Origin: an uncultured Verrucomicrobiae bacterium
GTDB lineage: Bacteria > Verrucomicrobiota > Verrucomicrobiia > Chthoniobacterales > Chthoniobacteraceae
Assembly (NCBI GenBank): GCA_963769025.1
Contig: CAVYKI010000009.1
Coordinates: 1,024,001 to 1,088,000 of the forward strand
Reading direction: 5' to 3'
DNA: 64,000 nt
Shown here: positions 32,034 to 42,781 of the stretch, piece after piece
Numbering within the stretch: the stretch's first letter is position 1
How the letters are laid out: every line of letters begins with the position of its first letter
Program-made: the position numbers and the translations under genes
Notes under the pieces: model-generated
Told to the model about the DNA's origin: nothing
Databases searched by the model: none
What the model saw: the letters and a program-made list of their open reading frames with translations, nothing else

Positions 32034-32037
32034 CACC

Positions 32038-33147
32038 ATGGCACGCCGAAAGAAATCCGACGCCGGAGGGATGAACATGGATTCCCTGATGGACACGCTG
32101 ACGAATGTCGTCGGCGTGCTGATCATCATTCTGATCCTCGTGCAAATCAACGTGTCACGGGCCGTGAAGAAGATCGTCAGCGAACTGCCGCCGGTCACGA
32201 TCGAGGAGCACGCGAAGCTGAAGGAGGCGGTGGCGGAGAAAGTGAAGATCCAGGAAGACTTGAAGACCGCACAGAAGGACGCGAAGCAGATCAACGAGCA
32301 GCTTGAAAAAGCCAACGCGGAATATGCGATGCTCGACGAAGGCAAGCCGCGCGACGTGAAGATGGTGGACGTGGACACCTTGAAAAAGCAGCTCGAGACC
32401 AAGGAAAAGGACCTCGCGGCGAAGAAGGCGGAGATGGCGAAGCTCCTCGCCGAACAGGAGCGGCTCCAGGCGCTGCTCGCGAGCACCCCCGCCCCGGTCC
32501 AGGTGGCGCCCGTTCCGTCGAAGGTCGTGCGCATTCCGAACTCGCGGCCGGTGCCGGACAAGGCCAAGTTCAACCGGGTGATTGTCTCCGCCGGGCATCT
32601 CTTCGTGCTCGACGTGGATGCGGCGGAGCGACTGGTGATGACGGAATTCAACCGGGCGAAACACACCCTCGAAGCGGCAAAGACAAAGGACGCAAAGGGC
32701 AAGACCGTCACGACCTACGATCAGGACAAGGTGGTGAAATATTTTGCCGCGCGGCCGCTGTCGCTGCCCAACGCGACCATCACCATTCCCTACAACAAGA
32801 CTTCGACCCGCCTCGTGATGAAGCTGATCGCCAAACCGGGGACCGGCGAGCCGGTCGAGTTTGCGAGCAGGCTCAATTCGCGGACCTACGCCATGCTGCG
32901 CCAGGCGAAGAACAGCAACACCGTTGTCTGGTTCCACGTCGTGCGCGATTCGTTCGAGACGTATATCCGCGCCCGCGAGATCGTGGACTCGCTGGGGGTG
33001 CCGGCGGGCTGGGATGTGGCGTCCGAGCCCGCATTCTCACAGGCGCTTACCGAGTTCACGGTGACGCAGATGGAGCAGCCGCCCGCACCGGCGCCGGTCG
33101 ATCCGACCAAGCCGGTGATCCCGCAGCCGAAGAAGACGCTCGACTGA
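32038..33147 (+). CDS. ExbD/TolR-like single-TM protein with long coiled-coil stalk (TM Asp present)
   Basis: MARRKK...MNMDSLMDTLTNVVGVLIIILILV; C-terminal VVWFHVVRDSFETYIRAREIVDSLG. Confidence 0.7.
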   Translation: MARRKKSDAGGMNMDSLMDTLTNVVGVLIIILILVQINVSRAVKKIVSELPPVTIEEHAKLKEAVAEKVKIQEDLKTAQKDAKQINEQLEKANAEYAMLDEGKPRDVKMVDVDTLKKQLETKEKDLAAKKAEMAKLLAEQERLQALLASTPAPVQVAPVPSKVVRIPNSRPVPDKAKFNRVIVSAGHLFVLDVDAAERLVMTEFNRAKHTLEAAKTKDAKGKTVTTYDQDKVVKYFAARPLSLPNATITIPYNKTSTRLVMKLIAKPGTGEPVEFASRLNSRTYAMLRQAKNSNTVVWFHVVRDSFETYIRAREIVDSLGVPAGWDVASEPAFSQALTEFTVTQMEQPPAPAPVDPTKPVIPQPKKTLD

Positions 33148-33299
33148 TTTCCGAGGGCCGTCGCCCGGGATCCTTCGGGATTGGCGCGAACGGCAAAGAA
33201 TGCGCGTCTGCCCTTGATCCGCAGATGCAGATCGGGAACCTTCTCGCGCGTTGCGCCGGCAAAGAGCGGCGCTTCACAACCAAACCAACCAAACCACCC

Positions 33300-33425
33300 A
33301 TGAAGAACCTGATCATCATCATCGTCGCGGCAGTTGCCATCGGCGTCAGCGGATGCTGTGCCTCGAAGAGCAGCTCCTGCGGCACCGACGCGTGCTGCGC
33401 GAGCACGCCCGCGAAGAAAAAGTAG
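33300..33425 (+). CDS. Small Cys-rich lipoprotein (41 aa)
   Basis: MKNLIIIIVAAVAIGVSG|CCASKSSSCGTDACCASTPAKKK; lipobox, C/A-rich leader, followed by terminator. Confidence 0.7.
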   Translation: MKNLIIIIVAAVAIGVSGCCASKSSSCGTDACCASTPAKKK

Positions 33426-33446
33426 CCGTCACAAACGGTCCAAAGC

Positions 33447-33482
33447 ACGGGGCGCGCTGGAAACGGCGCGCCCCGTTTTTTT
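33447..33482 (+). terminator. Rho-independent terminator
   Basis: ACGGGGCGCGC-loop-GCGCGCCCCGT followed by a T run; between convergent genes. Confidence 0.85.
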
Positions 33483-33494
33483 GCGGAACGAGCG

Positions 33495-35054
33495 CTATCG
33501 CTGCACCATGTGCCGGGGAGGAACGGGAAACCGTTCCCGCAATTGCGAGAGCACCGGCCCGGGGAAAATGCCGAGGACGATCACCAGCACACCGAGCACC
33601 GTGATCGCCATGCGCGTGAGCGGCGTGACCTTGATCGGCGTGCTGTCCGTGGGCTCCTGCCAATACATCGCGGCGACGACGCGCAGGTAGTAGTAGAAGC
33701 CGGCCGCGACGGTGATGATGCCGATGGCGACGAGGAGCCATTGGCCGGCTGCGACGGCGGCGGCGAAGACGAGGAATTTCCCGAGGAAGCCGGCGGTGAA
33801 CGGGATGCCGGCGAGGCGAGAGCATCGCGAGAGCATGCCCGAACGCGAGGAACGGGCTGCGTTTGCCGAGGCCGTTGAAATGGCGGATGTCGTCGCCGCG
33901 GCTGTGGCGCGCCACGACGATGAGGATGAGGAAGCTGAGCAGCGTCATCAGCAGGTAGCCGGCGAGGTAGAAGGCGATGGCCTCCCGCGCGGCCGAGCCT
34001 TGTCGGCGGCAAAGTGACGCTGGCGACGGCGACGAGCAGATAGCCGGCGTGGGCGATGCTGGAGTAGGCGAGGAGGCGCTTGAGGTTGTCCTGCGGGAGC
34101 GCGGCGAGGTTGCCGTAGAGGAGTGTCGCGGCGGCGAGCAATGCGAGGACGGCTGAGCGACTTTTCCGCTCGACTGCCGGGACGGCGAGGAAGACATCGA
34201 GCACGCGGATGAGCACGACGAATCCGGCGGCCTTGCTGCCGACGCTGAGGAAGGCGGTGATCGGCGTCGGCGCGCCCTGATAGACATCGGGCACCCAGAG
34301 CTGGAACGGGGCGGCGGCGACCTTGAAGCCGAGCGCGATGAGAATGAGCACGACGCCGAAGAGCAGCGCGGCTCGTTTCCGATGAGGCCGCCGGCGGTGC
34401 TCAGATGATCGATGCTCGGCGCGGAGAAGCCGTTCATGAGCCGGGCTTTCACGAGCAGATTGGTCTCGCCGGTGAGGCCGAAGATCCAGGTGATGCCGTA
34501 GACGAGGAAGCCGGTGCTGAGCGCGCCGAGGATGAGGTATTTCACGCCGGCCTCGAGCGATGCGCGTCTGCCGGCGCATGTAGGCGACGAGCGACGTAGA
34601 AGCTGATGGTGACGAGTTCGAGCGAGACGAAGATGAGGATGAAATCCACGGCCGATGCCATGAACATGAGGCCCGCGCAGGTGAAGACGGGCAGGCAGTA
34701 GAATTCGCCGGTCCCGCCGCCCGGCCTCGGCACCGGGAATGAACCGCGCGAGGACATGCGCGATACTCCAGCGCCATCACGAGGACGACGATGGTCGTGA
34801 GCGAGCGCGATGCGCTTGAAGAACATCGCGATCGCATCGACCGCATAGACTGCCCAGTAGCTGCCCGCCTCGATGGACTCCGGTGCGGCCTTTGTGAAGA
34901 ACGACAAGCCGAGCACGGCGAGGAGGACGCCGATCGCATAGCGCGCCATGTGCGAGCGATCCGCGCGGCGGCTGAACGACTCGGCAAACAGCATGAGGAC
35001 GCCGAGGAGGAGGACGGTAATTTCGAGCGAGATGGCTGGGATGACTTGCTGCAT
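33495..35054 (-). CDS. nuoN: NADH-quinone oxidoreductase subunit N (multiple frameshifts)
   Basis: [57 protein letters not shown] across frames. Confidence 0.9.
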
Positions 35055-35057
35055 GGC

Positions 35058-36559
35058 CTATTTCGCGATGAGTGCTTCGACGCTCGGCTGGATGAAACTC
35101 AGGTAGGAACGCGGCGCACATGCCGCCGATGAGCAGCGCGGCGAGCAGCAGGACCAACGGCCCAGCGCATCGCAGGCGCAGGCTCGGAAACCACAGCGGC
35201 GCCCTCGCCGGCTCACCCATGAAGATCTGCGCGGTAGGCGCGGAGCATATAGACGGCGGAGATGACCACGCCCCAGAGCGCGAAGATGGTGGCGAGCTGG
35301 AAGTGGCCGAAGCTGAGATGCCGGGCCGGCGCCGGCTTCGAAGGCGCCGAAGAAGACCATGAGTTCGCTGGCGAAGTTGGCGAAGCCGGGCAGGCCGATG
35401 CGAGGCGAAGGCCGCGATGCCGAAGGCGAAGCCGAGGAACGGCAGCGGCTTGGCGAGGCCGCCGAAGCTCGTCGAAGGCGAGCGTGCGGCGACGTCTGCG
35501 CGCAGCATGTCCGGCCATGGCGAAGAGCGCGGCGATGGAGAGGCCGTGCGCGAACATGAGCAGCGCCGCGCCGCTGAGGCCGACGACATTCAGCGCGGCG
35601 ATGCCGAGGAAGATGTAGCCCATGTGCATCACGCTCGAATAGCCGAGCATCGAGGTCGAGTCGCTTCTGCGCGATGGTGACGAGGCCGATGTAGAGGATG
35701 TTGCCGACGAGCAGGATGAGCAGCAGATTCGCCCACGCTTTCGCGCCTTCCGGCAGCAGCGGCACGGCGACGCGGATCAGACCGTAGAGGCCGAATTTTT
35801 TCAGCACGCCCGCGTGCAGCATCGCGGCGGGCGTGGGCGCGCAGGCGTAGGCGCTGGGCGCCCACGAGTGGAAGGGGAAGAGCGAGATGAGCATGCCGAA
35901 ACCGATGAGCAGCAAGATGTAGGGCCGGCCCTGCGCGGCCGCGGGAATCAGCCATTGGCGCGAGTGCTGGAGCATCGATGCCATGTCGAAGGTGCGCGAC
36001 GCTTCGGCGGATACGCGAGGTAGAGATTCGAGCAGGCCGATCAGCAGGATGAAGCTGCCGAGCCGCGAGATAGATGGTGATTTTCCACGCCGCCGCGTGG
36101 CGCTCGCCGCTGCCCCAGATGCCGATGAGCAGGAAGGTCGGGATGAGCGCGAGTTCGTGGAAGGCGTAGAAGAAGAAGAGATCCATGCGACGCAAACGCA
36201 CCCGCCGCGCCGGCGGCGATGAAGAGGAGGCAGGCGTAGAAGAGGCTCTCGCGCTTTTCGATCGCGCGGCGCGACCCAGACGGCGGCGAGCGTGACGAGC
36301 GCCGGTGAGCAGCAGCATGACGAGGCTGAGGCCATCCGCGCCGACGAGGTAGTTGAGCTCCCACTCCGGCACGACGGCGCCATGCGCACAGGAACTGGAA
36401 GCCGCCCTTCGCGCGGTCGTAGCCGAGGAAGGCGAACAGCGGTGAGGACGAGTTGCGCCCAAGCCGCGACCGAGCGCACGTCTTGCGCGCGGGCGCGCCG
36501 AGCAGGATGGCGAGCGCGGCGAGAATCGGCAGCAGGACGATGAGCGAGATGACGGTCAT
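35058..36559 (-). CDS. nuoM: NADH-quinone oxidoreductase subunit M (multiple frameshifts)
   Basis: [44 protein letters not shown]. Confidence 0.9.
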
Positions 36560-36643
36560 CTATTCCTTGGAAGTGAAATGGACGATGGCGCCGACCACGG
36601 CCGCCACGGCAAGACCGATGAGAGCAAGAAAGGTGACGCTCAT
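36560..36643 (-). CDS. 27-aa single-TM small protein between nuoL and nuoM
   Basis: [31 protein letters not shown] overlap with nuoL stop, TAG directly abutting nuoM ATG. Confidence 0.6.
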   Translation of the reverse strand: MSVTFLALIGLAVAAVVGAIVHFTSKE

Positions 36644-38486
36644 TTGAAGACGAGGAAGTAAACGAGCGCGACGACACCGAGGCCGAAGAGGAAGGCGTAG
36701 GCCTGGAGGTTGCCGACCTGGAGGAAGCGCAGGACGAAACCGCAGCCCCACGCCGCGCCGCTCAGGCCGCGCACGAACGAGGCCGTCGATGAGCCACTTG
36801 TCGACACCAGCGGCGATGAATCGCGAGGAGATCCTGCGTGCCGGCGATGAGCGCGGCGTAGAGTTCGTCGAAGTAGAACTTGTTCCGGAAGAGCGGGATG
36901 CGAGATCGGGCTCCTTTTCCGCGCCGGTGATAGAGCACCCAGCCGCCGGCCGTGCCCGCCGACGAACGCGGCAATCGCGAGCACCGGCACGACAGCGAAC
37001 TCGCGCCTTCGCCATGGTCGACGCGCGAACGCAGTGCGGCACGGCGCCGTAGCCGGCGATGATCGGAGAGGACTGCGAGGACGACGAGCGGGCCATGTCA
37101 TCTGCGACGGGGCCGTCGTGGCCGTGCTGCGCGCCTCGCGTCCGCGCCTTGCCGAGGAAGGCGACGACGAACAGGCGCGTCATGTAGAACGCGGTGAGGA
37201 ACGCGGTGACGCAGCGCCGAGGACGAAGATGCAGCTTGTCGCTGTTGCTAGGCGGCGAGGAGGATGGCGTCCTTCGAGAAGAAGCCGCTGAAGCCCGGGC
37301 AGCCCGATGAGCGCGAGCGTGCCGAGCGGCGAAGGTCACGGAAGGTCCACTGTGCATCGTCTTCGCGCAGGCCGCCCATCTTCCAGATGTCCTGCTCGTG
37401 GTGCAGCGCGTGGATGACCGCGCCGGCGCCGAGGAAGAGGAGCGCCTTGAAGAAGGCGTGCGTGAAGAGGTGGAACATCGCCGCGCCGGGCGCGGCGAGG
37501 CCGATGGCCATGACCATGTAGCCGAGCTGCGAGAGCGTGGAGTAGGCGAGGATGCGCTTGATGTCGTCCTGCTGCGTGGCCATGAGCGCGGCGAGGAGCG
37601 CGGTGATGGCGCCGATCCACGCGATGACGTCGCCTGCGCAGTCGGGCGACGCATCGATGAGGAACGCGACGCGCGCGAGCATGTAGACGCCGGCGGCGAC
37701 CATCGTCGCGGCATGGATGAGCGCGGAGACCGGCGTCGGGCCTTCCATCGCGTCGGGCAGCCAGACGTGCAGCGGAAACTGCGCGCTCTTTCCGACCGCG
37801 CCGCAGAAGATGAGCAGCACGGCGGCCGTGAGGAAGACCGGATTCTGAGCCAGCGCCGACATTGCTTCGCGCGCAATGTCCGTCGAAAACCACGGTGCCC
37901 GCGGTCGCTCCACACCATCAGGATGCCGAGCATGAAGCCGAAGTCGCCGATGCGATTGGTGAGGAACGCCTTGTTCGCCGCCTTGCCGCCGCGGCGTCGC
38001 GCGTGAACCAGTGGCCGATGAGCAGGTAGCAGCTGACGCCGACGAGTTCCCAGAAGATGAACATCATCGCGAAGTTGTCCGCGAGCACGATGCCGAGCAT
38101 CGAGAACATGAAGAGCGAGAGGTCGCCGAAGAAGCGCGCCTTCGCCTCGTCGTCGCTCCATGTAGACCGAGCGAGTAGATGATGCACGAGCACGCCGATG
38201 CCGGTGACGACGAGGAGCATCACCTTGCTCAAGTCGATCGATCGTCACGCCGATCGGCACGCTGGAAGGCCGGGCCGAAATCGATCCACGGCATCTCGCT
38301 TCGGACTTCCGGTCCGGCCCGAAGAACACGAAGATGCTGGCGAGCGAGCGAAGAACGCAGACGGCTCGCGACGGAGATCGTGGCGCTGAGGCCGCGCGAT
38401 TTGCGCGCGTGAAAAGCTGGATGAGCACCGCGCTGACCAGCGGACGCGAGAAGGATGAACCAGGGAAATAGTTTGGCGGTTTCCAT
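36640..38486 (-). CDS. nuoL: NADH-quinone oxidoreductase subunit L (multiple frameshifts)
   Basis: [68 protein letters not shown]. Confidence 0.92.
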
Positions 38487-38492
38487 CCGGCG

Positions 38493-38818
38493 TTAAAATT
38501 TCAGCGAGTTGATGTCCTCGACGTGCGTCGTCTGCCGCGCGCGGAAGAGCGCGACGATGATGGCGAGGCCGACGGCGACCTCGGCGGCGGCGACGGTGAT
38601 GATGAAGAAGACGAGCACCTGCGCGTTGTAGTTCGGCAGGCCGTCCGGCGCCGACATTGAAGCGGGAGAACGCGACGAGCGAGAGGTTCGCGGCATTCAG
38701 CATCAGCTCCAGGCACATGAAGATGATGATGATGTTTCGCCGCAGCATCACGCCGGCGAAGCCGATGGCGAAGAGCAGGCCGCTGACGAGCAGGTAGTCG
38801 ATTGAGGGTCAGCGTCAT
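38493..38818 (-). CDS. nuoK: NADH-quinone oxidoreductase subunit K (frameshifted)
   Basis: [31 protein letters not shown]. Confidence 0.92.
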
Positions 38819-39338
38819 TTCAGTTCGCGCTTGGAAAGGACGACCACGCCGATGGTGGCGACGAGGATGAGGACGCCGATGACCTGGAAGGGCAGGTTGT
38901 GCGTGCGTGAAGAGCGTCGTCGCCGACTTTCGCGGACGTCATTCGACGATTCGCCTGCGGCCGATTCAGCGCCGGAAAAGGCTGGCTTGCCGCGCGGGAA
39001 TCGCCCGAGGACGAACCGAAGACCTGCGCGGCGAATATCGAGCGCCACCAGCGCCGCCCGCCGACGTAGCCGACGACGTTGAATTTCCGCCGCTGCCTCC
39101 GCCTTGAGATCGAGCAGCATGATGATGAACAGGAACAGCACCATCACCGCGCCGGCATAGACGAGCACCTGGATGACGCGCGATGAAGTAGGCATCGAGC
39201 CCGACGAAGAGCGCGGCGAGGCCGAGGAAGGAAACGACGAGGCTCAAGCGCGCTCGCGACCGGATTGCGGTTCACGACGACGGCGACGCCGAAGACGAGC
39301 GTCAGCGCGGCGAAGAGGTAGAAGAGGATCGGCGACAT
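38815..39338 (-). CDS. nuoJ: NADH-quinone oxidoreductase subunit J (frameshifted)
   Basis: NRNPVASAL, QVLVYAGAVMVLFLFIIMLL, LPFQVIGVLILVATIG. Confidence 0.9.
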
Positions 39339-39342
39339 CAGG

Positions 39343-39879
39343 CTACTTCTTCGGATTCCACTTGTGCACGAGGCCGGTGAAGCACGCCGCCGAGCTCGTA
39401 GAGCTTGCTTCTTGTCGTGCACCATCTCGGCGCGGGTGATGCCGGTGATGGCGTAGTCTTTCCGCAGGAAGATCGCCTGCTCGGGGCAGACTTCCTCGCA
39501 CATGCCGCAGTAGATGCAGCGGATCATGTCGATCTCGAATTCCTGCGGGCGCTTCTCGACCTTGGCGAACTTGCTCTCCGGCGGGAATTTCCTCGGGCTT
39601 GATCGTGATCGCGCGCGGCGGGCAGATGAATTCGCAGAGCTGGCAGGCGACGCAGCGCTCGCGGCCGTGCTCGTCCGTCACGAGCGTCGGCGCGCCGCGG
39701 TAATGCTCGGGCAGCTGCGCGTCCCACTTCTCCTCGGGATACTGCATCGTCACCTTGGTCTCGCCCTGCGAGCATGCTCTTGAGATGCTTGAAGGTGATC
39801 GTCAAGCCCGGCGACGATGCTCGGCAGATAGATCTTCTCCTTCCAGGTCAGCTTCGGGACGTGGGACGACGTAGGCCAT
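39343..39879 (-). CDS. nuoI: NADH-quinone oxidoreductase subunit I (frameshifted)
   Basis: QYPEE, CVACQLCEFICP, RCIYCGMCEEVCP. Confidence 0.92.
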
Positions 39880-39885
39880 GGCGCG

Positions 39886-41067
39886 TTACTTGGTGAAAGC
39901 GAGGATGCCGGCGGTGAGGAAGATGTTCACGAGCGCGATTTCGAAAAGGTAGAGCCAGCCGAGCTTCATGAGCTGGTCGAAGCGGAAGCGCGGCAGCGTC
40001 CAGCGCACCCAGATGAAGAACGAGGAGCAGCGCGGCGACCTTGCGCGAAGAAGACGGTGATATTGACGAGGCCGCAGCAGCCAGTGCGGAAGTCGCGCAG
40101 GAATCGCGAGTCCGCCGTTGCCGTCGCCGTCGGGGATGACCGGGGATGTGCCAGCCGCCGAGGAAGAAGCACGACGATGAGCGCGCTGCCGGCGATCATC
40201 GCGGTGTATTCGCCGAGGAAGAAGAGCGCGAATTTCATCGAGCGAATACTCGGTGTGGTAGCCGGCGACGAGTTCGGTCTCGGACTCGGGCAAGATCGAA
40301 CGGCAGGCGGTTCGTCTCCGCGAACATCGAGATGGTGAAGATGACGAACGCGATGACGATCGGAATCCAGCAGCAGCCAGCTCGCGCAGGCTGAGGCCGG
40401 CCGTCCGTGAACGGCAGCGAGCAGCCAGCCGTTGTCGCGCCTGGTAATCGACGATGCGGCTCAGTCTGCGTCGATCCGCAGACGAGCAGCACCGGGCACG
40501 GCGCTCAGGCCCATGCAGAGCTCGTAGCTGATCATCTGCGAGCGTGCTGCGGATGCCGCCGAGGAAGGGATACTTCGAGTTCGACGACCAGCCCGCGAGC
40601 ACGATGCCGTAGACGCCGACGCTCGAGATCGCGAAGATGAAGAGCAGCGCCGACATTGATGTCCGCGATGACCATCTTCTCGCCGAAGAAGCTCGCTGCC
40701 AAACGGGATCGCCGCGAGCGTGACGAGCGCCGGCATCATCGCGAGCACGGGCGCGAGCCAGAAGTAGAACTTGTTGACGTGCGCCGGGCGTGAAGTCCTC
40801 CTTCAGCAGGAACTTCACCGCGTCCGCGATCGGCTGGCCGAGGCCGCCGAGGAAGGGCGAGAAGTCCTTCTTGAAGCCGAGCAGCGTCAGCGGGAAGCCG
40901 GTGCGGTTCGGGCCCGACGCGATCCTGGATGAGCGCGCTGACGCGGCGCTCGGCATAGACCGTGTAGCTGACCATCGGCAGCACCACGAGGAAGATGAGG
41001 AAGATCGTCTTGCCGAGCGAGGTGCGAGTCAGAACCCACGGGATCGGAGGCGAGTGAGGAAGTCCAT
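39886..41067 (-). CDS. nuoH: NADH-quinone oxidoreductase subunit H (frameshifted)
   Basis: ERRVSALIQDR.GPNR, QPIADAVK, GWSSNSKY, AETNRLPFD, WVRWTLPRFRFDQLM. Confidence 0.92.
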
Positions 41068-41070
41068 CGG

Positions 41071-42781
41071 TTACAGAACGGACAGTGCTCGGCGCGGCCT
41101 CGGTGCTTCGCGGCGGATGCCTTCTCGCGGTTGACTCAGGTCCACGCCGAGGTCGCCGATGCTTGCTCAGGCTGAGGCCGGCGAAGTCGGGTGTCGTCGG
41201 CGGCCATCGCTTTGAAGACGTCCTCGATGCATGTAGCAGGCCGTTCGAGCCGCTGACGGCGAGGATGAGGTCGCGCAGGATTTCCCAGTCGTCGCGCGCT
41301 TCGCCGGGCGCGATCGACCGCCGGTTCAGGCGCTGGAGGCGGCCCTTCGAGTTGATCATCGAGCCGCGCTTTTCGCACCACGCGCTGGCGGGCAGGACGA
41401 CGCGCGCGCTTGGCCGTCGTCTTGTTCGGCAGGATGTCGAGCGCGACGATCGCATCGAGCTTCGCGAGATCGTCGTCGGTGAGGCCGGCCTTCGTGAGCA
41501 TCTTCGCCGAGCGCGAGCAGCGCGTTGATGCTCCCGCCGCGGACTCCCGCGACGATTCTTCAGCCGAGCTTTCCGGTCGCGACGTCCGAGCAGCTTCGCG
41601 CCGGTCGTGTTCGGATTGCGATCCGCGGCGATGAGCAGGCCGTCCGCCTCGCCGGTGCGCGGCAGGATGTCGCACTGCCTTCGCCTTCAGCGCATCCGCG
41701 AGGCGGCGCGCGAGGAAGAGTTCCTCATTGGTCGCGCGCCCGCTCGCGATCACCGCGACTGTTGCCGCGTGTGCTTCTTCAGCGATCTCCGCGGCGATGG
41801 CGATGGCCTGCGTCCAGTCGGACTTCGTCTCGCCGGCCTGCGGACGGATTTCCGGCTGCGTCAGACGGCGCCTCGTCGCCGACGTATTTGAAATTCAGCC
41901 GGTGCGAATCCGGCAGCCAGACGCCGTTCACGTCGTTGTTCTCGCGCGGCGTGATGCGGTAGATGACGTTCTCGCGCGCGCCGATGGTGATGTTGCGCCG
42001 GTGCCGCAGTTCACGTCGATCGTCTTGGTTTCCTTGCAGGAACCAGACGCGCATCTTGAAGCGGAAATCCGTCGAGGTCAGCGCGCCGACCGGGCAGATG
42101 TCGACGGTGTTGAGCGAGTAGTTGTTGTCGAGCATGCGGTCCGGATGGCAGGCGATGCGTGTTGAAGCTGCCGCGATCGACGATGCCGAGCACGTCGTCG
42201 TCCGCGACCTCCTTCATGAAGCGGATGCAGCGCGTGCAAAGGATGCAGCGCTCGGCGTCGAGCGTGACGCGCGGCCCGAGTTCGACGTTCTTCGGCTTCT
42301 TGACCTTGTGCTCGAGGAAGCGCGAATTCGCCGTTGCCGTACTCGACGGAGAATTCCTGCAGCCGGCACTCGCCCGCCTGGTCGCAGATCGGGCAGTCGA
42401 GCGGATGATTGATGAGCAGGAACTCCATCACGCCCTTGCGGCACTCCTGCACCATCGGCGAGTCCGTGCGGATGCCCATGCCCTCGCTCACGTCCTGCGC
42501 GCAGGAAATCTGCGGCCGCGGAATCCAGCGCGATCTCCGGCTTGCCGTCCGCGCCGAGCACCGGCTTGCGGTCGGGCGTCATCTTCGGCATGCCCATTTC
42601 GACGAGGCACATGCGGCAGTTGCCGGGCGAGGAGAGCTTCGGGTGGTAGCAGTAATGCGGGATGAATTTCCCCGCCTGCGTGCAGGCCTCGATCACGCGC
42701 GTGCCTTTCGGAAATTGCATGCCAGACGCCGTCGATCTGGACGTTGACCATCTGCACGGGAGCGGCGGTTTCGGTGCTCAT
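41071..42781 (-). CDS. nuoG: NADH-quinone oxidoreductase subunit G (short form, frameshifted)
   Basis: [48 protein letters not shown]. Confidence 0.9.

Noticed and set aside
29853..33147. Calling the operon Zorya or a standard TonB/Tol system
   Set aside because: No OmpA-domain ZorB, no zorC/D/E, tonB, tolA/B/pal or receptor in the window; tail much shorter than type I ZorA
33276..33299. ACCAA-like tandem repeat as microsatellite or array
   Set aside because: Short and imperfect; better read as an unstructured translation leader
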